This document shows, one piece after another, positions 23,733 to 37,941 of a stretch of 64,000 nt of DNA. Origin of the DNA: Squalus acanthias. Lineage: Eukaryota. The stretch lies in NCBI GenBank assembly GCA_030390025.1, contig JASTWF010000329.1, forward strand, positions 124,001 to 188,000, given 5' to 3'. How positions within the stretch are numbered: position 1 is the stretch's first letter; every line of letters starts with the position of its first letter. The position numbers were made by a program, and so were the translations under genes. The notes under the pieces are model-generated. The model searched no databases, had not been told where the DNA came from, and saw only the letters and a list, made by a program, of their open reading frames with translations.

Positions 23733-25400
23733 ATCATAGAAACATAGAAGATAGGAGCAGGAGTAGGCCATTCGGCCCCTCGAGCCTGCTCCGCCATTTA
23801 ATGAGATCATGGCTGATCATCCAAATTCAGTACCCTGTCCCTGCTTTCTCCCCATATCCCTTGATCCCTTTAGCCTTAAGAAATATATCTATCTCCTTCT
23901 TGAATATATTTAATGAATTGGCCTCAACTGCCTTCTGTGGTAGAGAATTCCACAGGTTCACCACTCTCTGAGTGAAGAAATTCCTCCTCATCTCAGTCCT
24001 AAATGGCTTACCCCTTATCCTTAGACTGTGAGCCCTGGTTCTGGACTCCCCCGCCATCGGGAACATCCTTCCTGCATCTAGTCTGTCTGGTCCTGTTAGA
24101 ATTTTATAAGTTTCAATGAGATCCCCTCTCATTCTTCGAAACTCTAGCGAATATAAGCCTAATCGACCCAATCTCTCTTCATACGTCATTCCTGCCATCC
24201 CAGGTATCAGTCTGGTGAATCTTCGCTGCACTCTCTCCATGGCAAGAACATCCTTCCTCAGATAAGGCGACCAAAACTGCACACAGTACTCAAGGTGTGG
24301 TCTCACTAAGGCCTTCACAACTGCAGCAAGACATCCTTGCTCCTGTACTCGAATCCTCTCGCTATGAAGGCCAACATACCATTTGCCTTCTTAACTGCCT
24401 GCTGCACCTGCATGCTTACCTTCAGCGACTGGTGCACAAGGACACCCAGGTCTCGTTGCACTTCCCCTTTTCCCAATCTATTGCTGTTCAGTTAATAATC
24501 TGTCTTCCTGTTTTTGCCACCAAAGTGGATAACCTTGCATTTATCCACGTTATACTGCATCTGCCATGCATCTGCCCAATCACCCAACCTGTCCAAATCA
24601 TACTGGAGTTTCTCTGCATCCTCCTCACAGCACACACGCCCACCCAGCTTTGTGTCGTCTGCAGACTTGGAGATATTACATCTAGTTCCCTTGTCTAGAT
24701 CATTAATATATATTGTGAATAGCTGTGGTCCTAGCACTGATCCCTGCGGTACCCCACTAGTCACTGCCTGCCACTCGGAAAAAGACCTGTTTATTCCAAC
24801 TCTTTGCTTCCTGTCTGACAACCAGTTCTCTATCCAAGTCAATACCTTGCCCCCAATCCCATGTGCTTTAACTTTGCACGCTAATCTCTTATGCGGGACC
24901 TTGTTGAAAGCCTTCTGAAATCCAAATACACCACATCCACTGGTTCTCCCTTATCAATTCGACCAGTTACATCCTCAAAAAATTCCAGTAGATTAGTCAA
25001 GCACGATTTACCTTTTGTAAATCCATGTTGACTTTGTCCGATCCTGTCACTGTTTTCCAAGTGCTCTGCTATTACATCTTTTATAATGGACTCTAGCATT
25101 TTCCCCACTACCGATGTCAGGCTTACCGGCCTATCATTCCCCGTTTTCTCTCTACCACCTTTTTTAAATAGTGGGGTTACATTAGCTATCCTCCAATCCA
25201 TGGGAACTGTTCCAGAGTCTATAGAATTTTGGTAGATGACCAGCAATGCATCTACTATTTCTAGGGTCATTTCCTTAAGTACCCTAGGATGTAGATTATC
25301 AGGCCCTGGGGATTTATCGGCATTCAATCCCGTCAACTTCCCTCACACCATTTCCCTACAAATACTGATTCATTCAGTTCCTCCCTCTCATTGGACCCTC
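23733..25400 (-). mobile_element. CR1-clade LINE, 5'-truncated, frameshifted
   Basis: KSPGPDNLHPRVLKE..SCLTNLLEFFE..GVPQGSVLGP..LVRPHLEY and tail. Confidence 0.94.
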
Positions 25401-25401
25401 T

Positions 25402-25640
25402 CATAGAATAAAACTGCACAAAAGGTGGCCATTCGGCCCATCATGCTTGTGCCAGCTCTTTGGGAGAGCGATCCAATTAGTCCCACTCCCTTGCTCTTTC
25501 CCCATATCCCGGTAAATGTTTTCCCTTCAAATATTTATCCAATTCTCTTTTGAAAGTTACTCTTGAATCTGCTTCCACCGCCCTTTCAGGCAGTGCATTT
25601 CAGATCATCATAACTCGCTGGGTAAAGAAATGTTTCCTCA
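25402..25640 (-). mobile_element. CR1 3' end fragment
   Basis: Similar to 16103-16350 and 46430-46680. Confidence 0.75.
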
Positions 25641-26249
25641 TGATGACCTGTCTGCAGTGAAGCGTCTGTTTGAGTTTTGAACTGAGGCGAACTTCTCTTT
25701 CCCAGGAGGAGAGACGAGAGAAACTGGGGCACTTCTCACTCGAACAAAGCAGGGTAAGAGATGTGAGCGAGGTGTTTAAACTTGTTCAAGGACACCGACC
25801 AAAATATCAGAGACACTCCGTGTCCTTCAGGACCAGTGTCCAGGGGAGAAGCTGATGGGTTTATCAGATCATCTTTGGGTTAAATGTTGTGCTCATGGAG
25901 CTGAGCCCCTAGTGTCAGCATCAAACACTCTCCAGTCGGGTACAGCACGGGTTAGATACAGAGTAAACCCATCACCCGCTACCCGACACAGATACCGAGG
26001 GACAGGGAGTGTCCGGGACAATGACATTTCTCACTCAACAAGGTATAAATTGATCCTGTACCTCTCCCCATTAATCCTGGGCTCCACACGGGGCGAATCC
26101 TGCTCCTGTTTCCCTTCCTGGAACAGCACTGAGCTAAACCCAGCCCATAATGAGCAGGGCTCAGGGAGGTTGGTTGCTGGGCACTGCAGTGATGTCATAA
26201 AGCAGGGCCATTCAACCAAGCTGGTCGTCTCCTTGTCCCTTTAAAGGTG

Positions 26250-29200
26250 GAGAGCGGAGACACCCTGTCTCAAAACACACCCCACCTGTTCATACTGAGA
26301 ATCCCCGGGCAAGGCCCAAGGCCCAGAGTGTGGACACACCCCGGGGTAAAAGAGGAGGAGAACGGAGACACCCTGTCTCAAAACACACCCCACCTGTTCA
26401 TACTGAGAATCCCCAGGCAAGGCCCAAGGCCCAGAGTGTGGACACACCCCGGGGAAAAGAGGAGGAGAGCGGGGACACCCTGTCTCAAAACACACCCCAC
26501 CTGTTCATACTGAGAATCCCCGGGCAAGGCCCAAGGCCCAGAGTGTGGACACACCCCGGGGAAAAGAGGAGGAGAGCGGGGACACCCTGTCTCAAAACAC
26601 ACCCCACCTGTTCATACTGAGAATCCCCGGGCAAGGCCCAAGGCCCAGAGTGTGGACACACCCCGGGGAAAAGAGGAGGAGAGCGGGGACACCCTGTCTC
26701 AAAACACACCCCACCTGTTCATACTGAGAATCCCCGGGCAAGGCCCAAGGCCCAGAGTGTGGACACACCCCGGGGAAAAGAGGAGGAGAGCGGAGACACC
26801 CTGTCTCAAAACACACCCCACCTGTTCATACTGAGAATCCCCGGGCAAGGCCCAAGGCCCAGAGTGTGGACACACCCCGGGGAAAAGAGGAGGAGAGCGG
26901 GGACACCCTGTCTCAAAACACACCCCACCTGTTCATACTGAGAATCCCCGGGCAAGGCCCAAGGCCCAGAGTGTGGACACACCCCGGGGAAAAGAGGAGG
27001 AGAGCGGAGACACCCTGTCTCAACACACACCCCACCTGTTCATACTGAGAATCCCCGGGCAAGGCCCAAGGCCCAGAGTGTGGACACACCCCGGGGGAAA
27101 AGAGGAGGAGAGCGGAGACACCCTGTCTCAAAACACACCCACCTGTTCATACTGAGAATCCCCAGGCAAGGCCCAAGGCCCAGAGTGTGGACACACCCCG
27201 GGGAAAAGAGGAGGAGAGCGGGGACACCCTGTCTCAAAACACACCCCACCTGTTCATACTGAGAATCCCCGGGCAAGGCCCAAGGCCCAGAGTGTGGACA
27301 CACCCCGGGGAAAAGAGGAGGAGAGCGGAGACACCCTGTCTCAAAACACACCCCACCTGTTCATACTGAGAATCCCCGGGCAAGGCCCAAGGCCCAGAGT
27401 GTGGACACGGCCCAGAGTGTGGACACACCCCGGGGAAAAGAGGAGAGCGGGGACACCCTGTCTCAAAACACACCCCACCTGTTCATACTGAGAATCCCCG
27501 GGCAAGGCCCAAGGCCCAGAGTGTGGACATACCCCGGGGAAAAGAGGAGGAGAGCGGGGAAACCCTGTCTCAAAACACACCCCACCTGTTCATAGTGAGA
27601 ATCTCCGGGCAAGGCCCAAGGCCCAGAGTGTGGACACACCCCAGGGAAAAGAGGAGGAGAGCGGGGACACCCTGTCTCAAAACACACCCCACCTGTTCAT
27701 ACTGAGAATCCCCGGGCAAGGCCCAAGGCCCAGAGTGTGGACACACCCCGGGGGAAAGAGGAGGAGAGCGGGGACACCCTGTCTCAAAACACACCCCACC
27801 TGTTCATACTGAGAATCCCCGGGCAAGGCCCAAGGCCCAGAGTGTGGACACACCCCGGGGAAAAGAGGAGGAGAGCGGAGACACCCTGTCTCAACACACA
27901 CCCCACCTGTTCATACTGAGAATCCCCGGGCAAGGCGCAAGGCCCAGAGTGTGGACACGGCCCAGAGTGTGGACACACCCCGGGGAAAAGAGGAGGAGAG
28001 CGGGGACACCCTGTCTCAAAACACACCCCACCTGTTCATACTGAGAATCCCCGGGCAAGGCCCAAGGCCCAGAGTGTGGACACACCCCGGGGAAAAGAGG
28101 AGGAGAGCGGAGACACCCTGTCTCAAAACACACCCCACCTGTTCATACTGAGAATCCCCGGGCAAGGCCCAAGGCCCAGAGTGTGGACACACCCCGGGGA
28201 AAGAGGAGGAGAGCGGGGACACCCTGTCTCAAAACACACCCCACCTGTTCATACTGAGAATCCCCGGGCAAGGCCCAAGGCCCAGAGTGTGGACACACCC
28301 CGGGGAAAAGAGGAGGAGAGCGGGGACACCCTGTCTCAAAACACACCCCACCTGTTCATACTGAGAATCCCCGGGCAAGGCCCAAGGCCCAGAGTGTGGA
28401 CACACCCCGGGGAAAAGAGGAGGAGAGCGGGGACACCCTGTCTCAAAACACACCCCACCTGTTCATACTGAGAATCCCCGGGCAAGGCCCAAGGCCCAGA
28501 GTGTGGACACACCCCGGGGAAAAGAGGAGGAGAGCGGAGACACCCTGTCTCAAAACACACCCCACCTGTTCATACTGAGAATCCCCGGGCAAGGCCCAAG
28601 GCCCAGAGTGTGGACACACCCCGGGGAAAAGAGGAGGAGAGCGGGGACACCCTGTCTCAAAACACACCCCACCTGTTCATACTGAGAATCCCCGGGCAAG
28701 GCCCAAGGCCCAGAGTGTGGACACACCCCGGGGAAAAGAGGAGGAGAGCGGGGACACCCTGTCTCAAAACACACCCCACCTGTTCATACTGAGAATCCCC
28801 GGGCAAGGCCCAAGGCCCAGAGTGTGGACACACCCCGGGGAAAAGAGGAGGAGAGCGGGGACACCCTGTCTCAAAACACACCCCACCTGTTCATACTGAG
28901 AATCCCCGGGCAAGGCCCAAGGCCCAGAGTGTGGACACACCCCGGGGAAAAGAGGAGGAGAGCGGGGACACCCTGTCTCAAAACACACCCCACCTGTTCA
29001 TACTGAGAATCCCCGGGCAAGGCCCAAGGCCCAGAGTGTGGACACACCCCGGGGAAAAGAGGAGGAGAGCGGGACACCCTGTCTCAAAACACACCCCACC
29101 TGTTCATACTGAGAATCCCCGGGCAAGGCCCAAGGCCCAGAGTGTGGACACACCCCGGGGAAAAGAGGAGGAGAGCGGGGACACCCTGTCTCAAAACACA

Positions 29201-32200
29201 CCCCACCTGTTCATACTGAGAATCCCCGGGCAAGGCCCAAGGCCCAGAGTGTGGACACACCCCGGGGAAAAGAGGAGGAGAGCGGGGACACCCTGTCTCA
29301 AAACACACCCCACCTGTTCATACTGAGAATCCCCGGGCAAGGCCCAAGGCCCAGAGTGTGGACACACCCCGGGGAAAAGAGGAGGAGAGCGGAGACACCC
29401 TGTCTCAAAACACACCCCACCTGTTCATACTGAGAATCCCCGGGCAAGGCCCAAGGCCCAGAGTGTGGACACACCCCGGGGAAAAGAGGAGGAGAGCGGG
29501 GACACCCTGTCTCAAAACACACCCCACCTGTTCATACTGAGAATCCCCGGGCAAGGCCCAAGGCCCAGAGTGTGGACACACCCCGGGGAAAAGAGGAGGA
29601 GAGCGGAGACACCCTGTCTCAAAACACACCCCACCTGTTCATACTGAGAATCCCCGGGCAAGGCCCAAGGCCCAGAGTGTGGACACACCCCGGGGAAAAG
29701 AGGAGGAGAGCGGGGACACCCTGTCTCAAAACACACCCCACCTGTTCATACTGAGAATCCCCGGGCAAGGCCCAAGGCCCAGAGTGTGGACACACCCCGG
29801 GGAAAAGAGGAGGAGAGCGGAGACACCCTGTCTCAAAACACACCCCACCTGTTCATACTGAGAATCCCCGGGCAAGGCCCAAGGCCCAGAGTGTGGACAC
29901 ACCCCGGGGAAAAGAGGAGGAGAGCGGGGACACCCTGTCTCAAAACACACCCCACCTGTTCATACTGAGAATCCCCGGGCAAGGCCCAAGGCCCAGAGTG
30001 TGGACACACCCCGGGGAAAAGAGGAGGAGAGCGGGGACACCCTGTCTCAAAACACACCCCACCTGTTCATACTGAGAATCCCCGGGCAAGGCCCAAGGCC
30101 CAGAGTGTGGACACACCCCGGGGAAAAGAGGAGGAGAGCGGAGACACCCTGTCTCAAAACACACCCCACCTGTTCATACTGAGAATCCCCGGGCAAGGCC
30201 CAAGGCCCAGAGTGTGGACACACCCCGGGGAAAAGAGGAGGAGAGCGGGGACACCCTGTCTCAAAACACACCCCACCTGTTCATACTGAGAATCCCCGGG
30301 CAAGGCCCAAGGCCCAGAGTGTGGACACACCCCGGGGAAAAGAGGAGGAGAGCGGGGACACCCTGTCTCAAAACACACCCCACCTGTTCATACTGAGAAT
30401 CCCCGGGCAAGGCCCAAGGCCCAGAGTGTGGACACACCCCGGGGAAAAGAGGAGGAGAGCGGGGACACCCTGTCTCAAAACACACCCCACCTGTTCATAC
30501 TGAGAATCTCCGGGCAAGGCCCAAGGCCCAGAGTGTGGACACACCCCAGGGGAAAAGAGGAGGAGAGCGGGGACACCCTGTCTCAAAACACACCCCACCT
30601 GTTCATACTGAGAATCCCCGGGCAAGGCCCAAGGCCCAGAGTGTGGACACACCCCGGGGGAAAGAGGAGGAGAGCGGGGACACCCTGTCTCAAAACACAC
30701 CCCACCTGTTCATACTGAGAATCCCCGGGCAAGGCCCAAGGCCCAGAGTGTGGACACACCCCGGGGAAAAGAGGAGGAGAGCGGAGACACCCTGTCTCAA
30801 AACACACCCCACCTGTTCATACTGAGAATCCCCGGGCAAGGGCAAGGCCCAGAGTGGACACGCCCAGAGTGTGGACACACCCCGGGGAAAAGAGGAGGAG
30901 AGCGGGGACACCCTGTCTCAAAACACACCCCACCTGTTCATACTGAGAATCCCCGGGCAAGGCCCAAGGCCCAGAGTGTGGACACACCCCGGGGAAAAGA
31001 GGAGGAGAGCGGAGACACCCTGTCTCAAAACACACCCACCTGTTCATACTGAGAATCCCCGGGCAAGGCCCAAGGCCCAGAGTGTGGACACACCCCGGGG
31101 GAAAGAGGAGGAGAGCGGGGACACCCTGTCTCAAAACACACCCCACCTGTTCATACTGAGAATCCCCGGGCAAGGCCCAAGGCCCAGAGTGTGGACACAC
31201 CCCGGGGAAAAGAGGAGGAGAGCGGGGACACCCTGTCTCAAAACACACCCCACCTGTTCATACTGAGAATCCCCGGGCAAGGCCCAAGGCCCAGAGTGTG
31301 GACACACCCCGGGGAAAAGAGGAGGAGAGCGGGGACACCCTGTCTCAAAACACACCCCACCTGTTCATACTGAGAATCCCCAGGCAAGGCCCAAGGCCCA
31401 GAGTGTGGACACACCCCGGGGAAAAGAGGAGGAGAGCGGAGACACCCTGTCTCAACACACACCCCACCTGTTCATACTGAGAATCCCCGGGCAAGGCCCA
31501 AGGCCCAGAGTGTGGACATACCCCGGGGAAAAGAGGAGAGCGGGGACACCCTGTCTCAAAACACACCCCACCTGTTCATACTGAGAATCCCCGGGCAAGG
31601 CCCAAGGCCCAGAGTGTGGACACACCCCAGGGAAAAGAGGAGGAGAGCGGGGACACCCTGTCTCAAAACACACCCCACCTGTTCATACTGAGAATCCCCT
31701 GGCAAGTCCCAACGCCCAGAGTGTGGACACACCCCGGGGAAAAGGAGGAGGAGAGCGGAGACACCCTGTCTCAACACACACCCCACCTGTTCATACTGAG
31801 AATCCCCGGGCAAGACCCAAGGCCCAGAGTGTGGACACACCCCGGGGAAAAGAGGAGGAGAGCGGGGACACCCTGTCTCAACACACACCCCACCTGTTCA
31901 TACTGAGAATCCCCGGGCAAGGCCCAAGGCCCAGAGTGTGGACACACCCCGGGGAAAAGAGGAGGAGAGCGGGGACACCCTGTCTCAAAACACACCCCAC
32001 CTGTTCATACTGAGAATCTCCGGGCAAGGCCCAAGGCCCAGAGTGTGGACACACCCCGGGGGAAAAGAGGAGGAGAGCGGGGACACCCTGTCTCAACACA
32101 TACCTCACCTGTTCATACTGAGAATCCCCGGGCAAGGCGCAAGGCCCAGAGTGTGGACACGGCCCAGAGTGTGGACACACCCCGGGGAAAAGAGGAGAGC

Positions 32201-32750
32201 GGGGACACCCTGTCTCAAAACACACCCCACCTGTTCATACTGAGAATCCCCGGGCAAGGCGCAAGGCCCAGAATGTGGACACACCCCGGGGGAAAAGAGG
32301 AGGAGAGCGGGGACACCCTGTCTCAAAACACACCCCACCTGTTCATACTGAGAATCCCCGGGCAAGGCCCAAGGCCCAGAGTGTGGACACGGCCCAGAGT
32401 GTGGACACACCCCGGGGAAAAGAGGAGGAGAGCGGGGACACCCTGTCTCAAAACACACCCCACCTGTTCATACTGAGAATCCCCGGGCAAGGCCCAAGGC
32501 CCAGAGTGTGGACACACCCCGGGGAAAGAGCAGGAGAGCGGGGACACCCTGTCTCAAAACACACCCCATCTGTTCATACTGAGAATCCCCGGGCAAGGCC
32601 CAAGGCCCAGAGTGTGGACACACCCCGGGGAAAAAAGGAGGAGAGCGGGGACACCCTGTCTCAAAACACACCCCACCTGTTCATACTGAGAATCCCCGGG
32701 CAAGGCCAAGGCCCAGAGTGGACACGCCAGAGTGTGGACACACCCCGGGG
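26250..32750. repeat. 107-bp satellite array, ~60 highly homogeneous copies
   Basis: Unit GGGGACACCCTGTCTCAAAACACACCCCACCTGTTCATACTGAGAATCCCCGGGCAAGGCCCAAGGCCCAGAGTGTGGACACACCCCGGGGAAAAGAGGAGGAGAGC. ORF-track entries recur every 107 bp. Confidence 0.98.
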
Positions 32751-33029
32751 AGAGATGGTGCAGTGTGGGGGGTGAGGGAGGAGTCTGCTCATTCCCGGGG
32801 GAAGATCAGACAAAGTGCTTTGAGTGGTGGGTCCAGCAGTGAAACTGAAACCAAACAAAAGGGAACAAATGAAGATCCAATCCAAGGGAACAAGCACCGG
32901 GACAATGGGGAGAAACCACAACCGGCCCAAAGTTATTCAGTGAGCGAGCATCGCCTGCTTATTGTGAGAGAGCTCCACACTTCCACCATCCTTTGTGTGG
33001 AGAAGAGTTTCCAGCTTCTCTCCTGAAGG

Positions 33030-33410
33030 GCCTGGCTCGGATTTTAAGGTTCTGTCCCCTCGTCACAGACTCCCCACCAGTGGAAAGGGTTTCTCTCCAT
33101 CGACCCTCGCAATTGATCCAAAATCCTCAAAACCTCAATCAAATCAGCCTCAACTTTCTATAATCCAGGAATACAAGCTTCATTTCTGTAAACTCTCAAT
33201 AGTTTAACCCTTGGAGCCCTGGTAACATGCTGGTGAATCTGCACTGCACTCCTTCCAAGGCCAATCTATTCTTTCTAAGGTGCGGGGCCCAGAACGGTCC
33301 ACAGTGCCCCAGATGTGGTCTAACCAGGGCTTTGTACAGCTGGAGCAAAACTTCCTCCCCTCTATATTCGAGACCTCAAGTCATAACAATTAACATTTCA
33401 TTAGTCTTTT
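33030..33410 (-). mobile_element. Degraded CR1 fragment
   Basis: Antisense LVRPHL..C..FWAPHLRK-like segment. Confidence 0.65.
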
Positions 33411-33430
33411 AGTTTATATTTATTTTAAAG

Positions 33431-36400
33431 ACTCCCAGGGCAGGAACAGCACGGGTTAGATACAGAGTAAAGCTCCCTCTACACTGTCCCATCAAACACT
33501 CCCAGGGCAGGTACAGCACAGGTTAGATACAGAGTAAAGCACCCTCTACACTGTCCCACCAAACACTCCCAGGGCAGGTACAGCACGGGTTAGTTACACA
33601 GTAAAGCACCCTCTACACTGTCCCATCCAACACTCCCAGGGCAGGTACAGCACGGGTTACATACAGAGTAAAGCTCCCTGTACATTGTCCCATCAAACAC
33701 TTCCAGGGCAGGTACAGCACGGGTTAGTTACAGAGTAAAGCTCCCGCTATACTGTCCCATCAAACACTCCCAGGGCAGGTACAGCAAGGGTTAGATACAG
33801 AGTAAAGCACCCTCTACACTGTCCCACCAAACACTCCCAGGGCAGGTACAGCACGGGTTAGTTACAGAGTAAAGCTCCCGCTATACTGTCCCATCAAACA
33901 CTCCCAGGGCAGGTACAGCACGGGTTAGATACAGAGTCAAGCTCCCACTGCACTGTCCCATCAAACACTCCCAGGGCAGGTACAGCACAGGTTAGATACA
34001 GAGTAAGGCTCCCTCTACACTGTCCCATCAACCACTGCCAGGGCAGGTACAGCACAGGTTAAATACAGAGTAAAGCTCCCTCTACATTGTCCCATCAAGC
34101 ACTCCCAGGACAGGTACAGCACGGGTTAGATACAGAGTAAAGCTCTCTCTGCTCTGTCCCACCAAACACTCCCAGGATACGTACAGCACGGGTTAGATAC
34201 AGAGTAAAGCACGCTCTATACTGTCCCATCAAACACTCCCAGGGTAGGTACAGCACAGGTAAGATAGAGTAAAGGTCCCTCTGCACTGTCCCATCAAGCA
34301 CTCCCAGGGTAGGTACAGCATGGGTTAGATACAGAGTAAAGCTCGCTCTATACTGTCCCATCAAACACTCCGAGGGCAGGTACAGCACAGGGATAGATAC
34401 AAAGTAAAGCTCCCTCTACACTGTCCCATCAAACACTCCCAAGGCAGGTACAGCACAGGTTAGATACAGAGTAAAGCTCCCTCTACACTGTCCCATCAAA
34501 CACTCCCAGGGCTGGGACAGCACGGGTTAGATACAGAGTAAAGCTCCCTTTACACTATCCCATCAAACAATCCTAGGGCAGGTACAGCATGGTTTAGATA
34601 CAGAGTAAAGCTCCCGCTACATTGTCCCACCAAACACTCCCAGGGTAGGTACAGCACGGGTTAGCTGCAGAGTAAAGCTCCCTCTACACTGTCCCATCAA
34701 ACACTCCCAGGGAAGGTACAGCACAGGTTAAATACAGAGTAAGGCTCCCTCGACACTGTCCCATCAAACACTCCCAGGGTAGGTGCACTACGCGGTTAGA
34801 GACAGAGTAAAGCTCCCTCTGCACTGTTCCATCAAGCACTCCCAGGGTAGGTACAGCACGGGTTGGATACAGAGTAAAGCTCCCTCTACACTGTCCCATC
34901 AAGCACTCCTAGGGCAGGTACAGCACGAGTTAGATACAGATGAAAGCTCCCTCTGCTCTGTCCCATCAAACACTCCCAGGATAGGTACAGCACGGGTTAG
35001 ATACAGAGTAAAGCACGCTCTATACTGTCACATCAAACACTGCCAATGCAGGTACAGCACGGGATAAATATAGAGTAAAGCTCCCTCTGCACTCTCCCAT
35101 CAAGCACTCCTAGGGCAGGTACAGCACGGGTTAGATACAGAGTAAAGCTCCCTCTGCACTGTCCCATCAAACACTCCCAGGGCAGGTACAGCACGGGTTA
35201 GATACTGAGTAAAGCTCCCTCTTCACTGTCGCATCAAACACTTCCAGGGCAGGTACAGCACGGTTACATACAGAGTAAAGCTCCCTCGACACTGTCCCAT
35301 CAAACACTCCCAGGGCAGGCACAGCACGGGTTAGATACAGTGTAAAACTCGCTCTATACAGTCCTATCAAACTCTCCCAGGGTAGGAACAGCACGGGTAA
35401 AATACAGAGTATAGCTCCCTCTACACTGTCCCATCTGACATTCCTAGGGCAAGTACAGCACGTGTTAGATACAGAGTAAAGCACCCTCTACACTGTCCCA
35501 TCCAACACTCCCAGGGCAGGTACAGCACGGGTTACATACAGAGTAAAGCTCCCTGTACATTGTCCCATCAAACACTTCCAGGGCAGGTACAGCACGGGTT
35601 AGTTACAGAGTAAAGCTCCCGCTATACTGTCCCATCAAACACTCCCAGGGCAGGTACAGCAAGGGTTAGATACAGAGTAAAGCACCCTCTACACTGTCCC
35701 ACCAAACACTCCCAGGGCAGGTACAGCACGGGTTAGTTACAGAGTAAAGCTCCCGCTATACTGTCCCATCAAACACTCCCAGGGCAGGTACAGCAAGGGT
35801 TAGATACAGAGTAAAGCACCCTCTGCACTGTCCCATCCAACACTCCCAGGGCAGGTACAGCACAGGTTACATACAGAGTAAAGCTCCCTCTACATTGTCC
35901 CATCAAACACTTCCAGGGCAGGTACAGCACGGGTTAGATACAGAGTAAAGCTCCCTCTGCACTGTCCCATCAAACACTCCCAGGGCAGGTACAGCACGGG
36001 TTACATACACAGTAAAGCTCCCTTTGCACTATCCCATCAAACACTCCCAGGGCAGGTACAGAATGGGTTAGATACACAGTAAAGCTCCCACTACATTGTC
36101 CCACCAAACACTCCCAGGGTAGGTACAGCATGGGTTAGATACAGAGTAAAGCTCGCTCCACACTGTTCCATCAAACTCTCCCAGGGCAGGTACAGCACGG
36201 GGTTCGATACAGAGTAAAGCTCCCTCTACACTGTCCCATCAAACACTCCCAGGGCAGGTACAGCACGGGTTAGATACAGAGTAAAGCTCCCTCTACACTG
36301 TCCCGTCAAACACTCCCAGGGTAGGTACAGCACGGGTTACATACAGAGTAAAGGTCGCTCAATACTGTCCCATCAAACTCTCCTCGGGCCGGTACAGCAC

Positions 36401-36662
36401 GGGTTAGATACAGAGTAATGCTCCCTCTACACTGTCCCATCATACACTCCCAGGGCAGGTGCAGCACGGGTTAGATACAGTGTTAAGCTCCTTCTACACT
36501 GTCCCATCAAACATTCCCCGCGCAGGTACAGCACGGGTTAGATACAGAGTAAAACTCCCTCTACGTTATCCCATCAAACACTCTTAGGGCACATGCAGCA
36601 TGGTTTAGATAGAGTAAAGCTCCCTCTACACTGTCCCATCAAACAATCCCAGGGCAGGTACA
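33431..36662 (-). repeat. 67-bp minisatellite, ~48 copies (reverse complement of 20420-21237)
   Basis: Unit GGGTTAGATACAGAGTAAAGCTCCCTCTACACTGTCCCATCAAACACTCCCAGGGCAGGTACAGCAC. Confidence 0.97.
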
Positions 36663-36891
36663 CGGACCTGTTACCGATATCTTCGCTTGATACAAATCTA
36701 TTTAGTCTCCTCTTATCTTGGAGACATCAAATATCGACACACTGTTATTTGAAATAGCAAAATATTAAACTCCAGCCCAGTTAGAGGGGTTATTATCATC
36801 AGCAGAAACAAACTCCAACTGTCAGAATGAACATGGTTCAGTCCTGGATGAGATTAACAGCAGCAAAAACAGCAGAATCTAACCCCTGCTG

Positions 36892-37640
36892 TCACTTGTG
36901 AACTCGCTGGTGTCTCAGCAGGGTGGATGACCGAGTGAATTCCTTCCCACACAGGGAGCAGGTGAACGACCTCTCTCCAGTGTGAACTCGCTGGTGTGTC
37001 AGCAGCTGGGATGGCTGAGTAAAACCGTTCCCACACAGGGAGCAGGTGGCGGCCTCTCCCCAGTGTGAACTCGCTGGAGTGTCAGAAGATCCCTTGTGCT
37101 TTTAAAGTTCTTCTCACACTCAGAACATTTAAAAGCTCTCTTGTCAGTGTGAACGCGTTGGTGTGACATGAGGCTGGAGGAGTTAGTGAATCCCTTCCCA
37201 CACACAGAGCAGGTGAACGGCCTCTCCCCACTGTGAAGTCGCTGGTGTGTCAGCAGGTGGGATGACCGAGCGAATCTGTTCCCACACTCAGAGCACGTGA
37301 ACAGTCTCTCCCCAGTGTGACTGCGTTGATGAGCTTCCAGCTGGGATGGGTAATTGAATCCCTGCCCACAGTCCCCACATTTCCACGGTTTCTCCGTGGT
37401 GCGGGTGTCCTTGTGTCTCTTCGGGTTGGACGATCAGTTGAAGCCTCGCCCACACACAGAACACGTGTACGGTTTCTCCCCGCTGTGAACGATGCGATGT
37501 TTTTTCAGACTGTGTAACTGGTTAAAGCTCTTTCCACAGTCAGTGCACTGGAACACTCTCACTAGGGTGTGTGTGTCTCGGTGCTTTTCCAGTCACACTG
37601 ATGTTTGAAATCTTTTCCCACAGACAAAACAGACAAACAT
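36892..37640 (-). pseudogene. C2H2 zinc-finger gene type B copy 2; same two in-frame TGA plus a frameshift near 37050
   Basis: ATG 37640, TGA 37595 and 37436, ACG 37397 (same offsets as copy 1). There is a 1-nt loss in GAGAGGCCGCCACCTGC and fewer fingers. Confidence 0.85.
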
Positions 37641-37941
37641 TTCTCCTTCCACATTCAAAGGCCGATGATATTCAGGTCCTGATGAATGGAGTGACTCTGT
37701 GAGATCTTAAAATGATGTTTGGTTTGAGTTTCCTGTCTGTAAATCCTCCCCTTCTCACAGCCTGTAAAAGGAGTTTACAAAAGACATCACTAAGTAGAGG
37801 ATAGAAATTCAGAACAGACAATTCTAGTTTCTATGGAACATTCTTTCCTCTCTTGTTCCCCCAAAGCTGTAAATCTCCATCCAACACACTCTCCCTCCTC
37901 CCTGTGCTAAAATCCAAACCCATCGCACCATCTCCAACACA

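Noticed and set aside
26250..32750. Hammerhead ribozyme in each satellite unit (CTGAGAA-TCCCCGGG...CCCGGG-GAAA), as in newt satellite 2
   Set aside because: The core reads CUGAGAA rather than CUGANGA, stem II register leaves unpaired bases, and I found no stem I/III pairing or UH site.
26241..32930. Dozens of 60-166 aa ORFs in the satellite
   Set aside because: They are translation artefacts of a 107-bp unit (not a multiple of 3), appearing in all frames on both strands.
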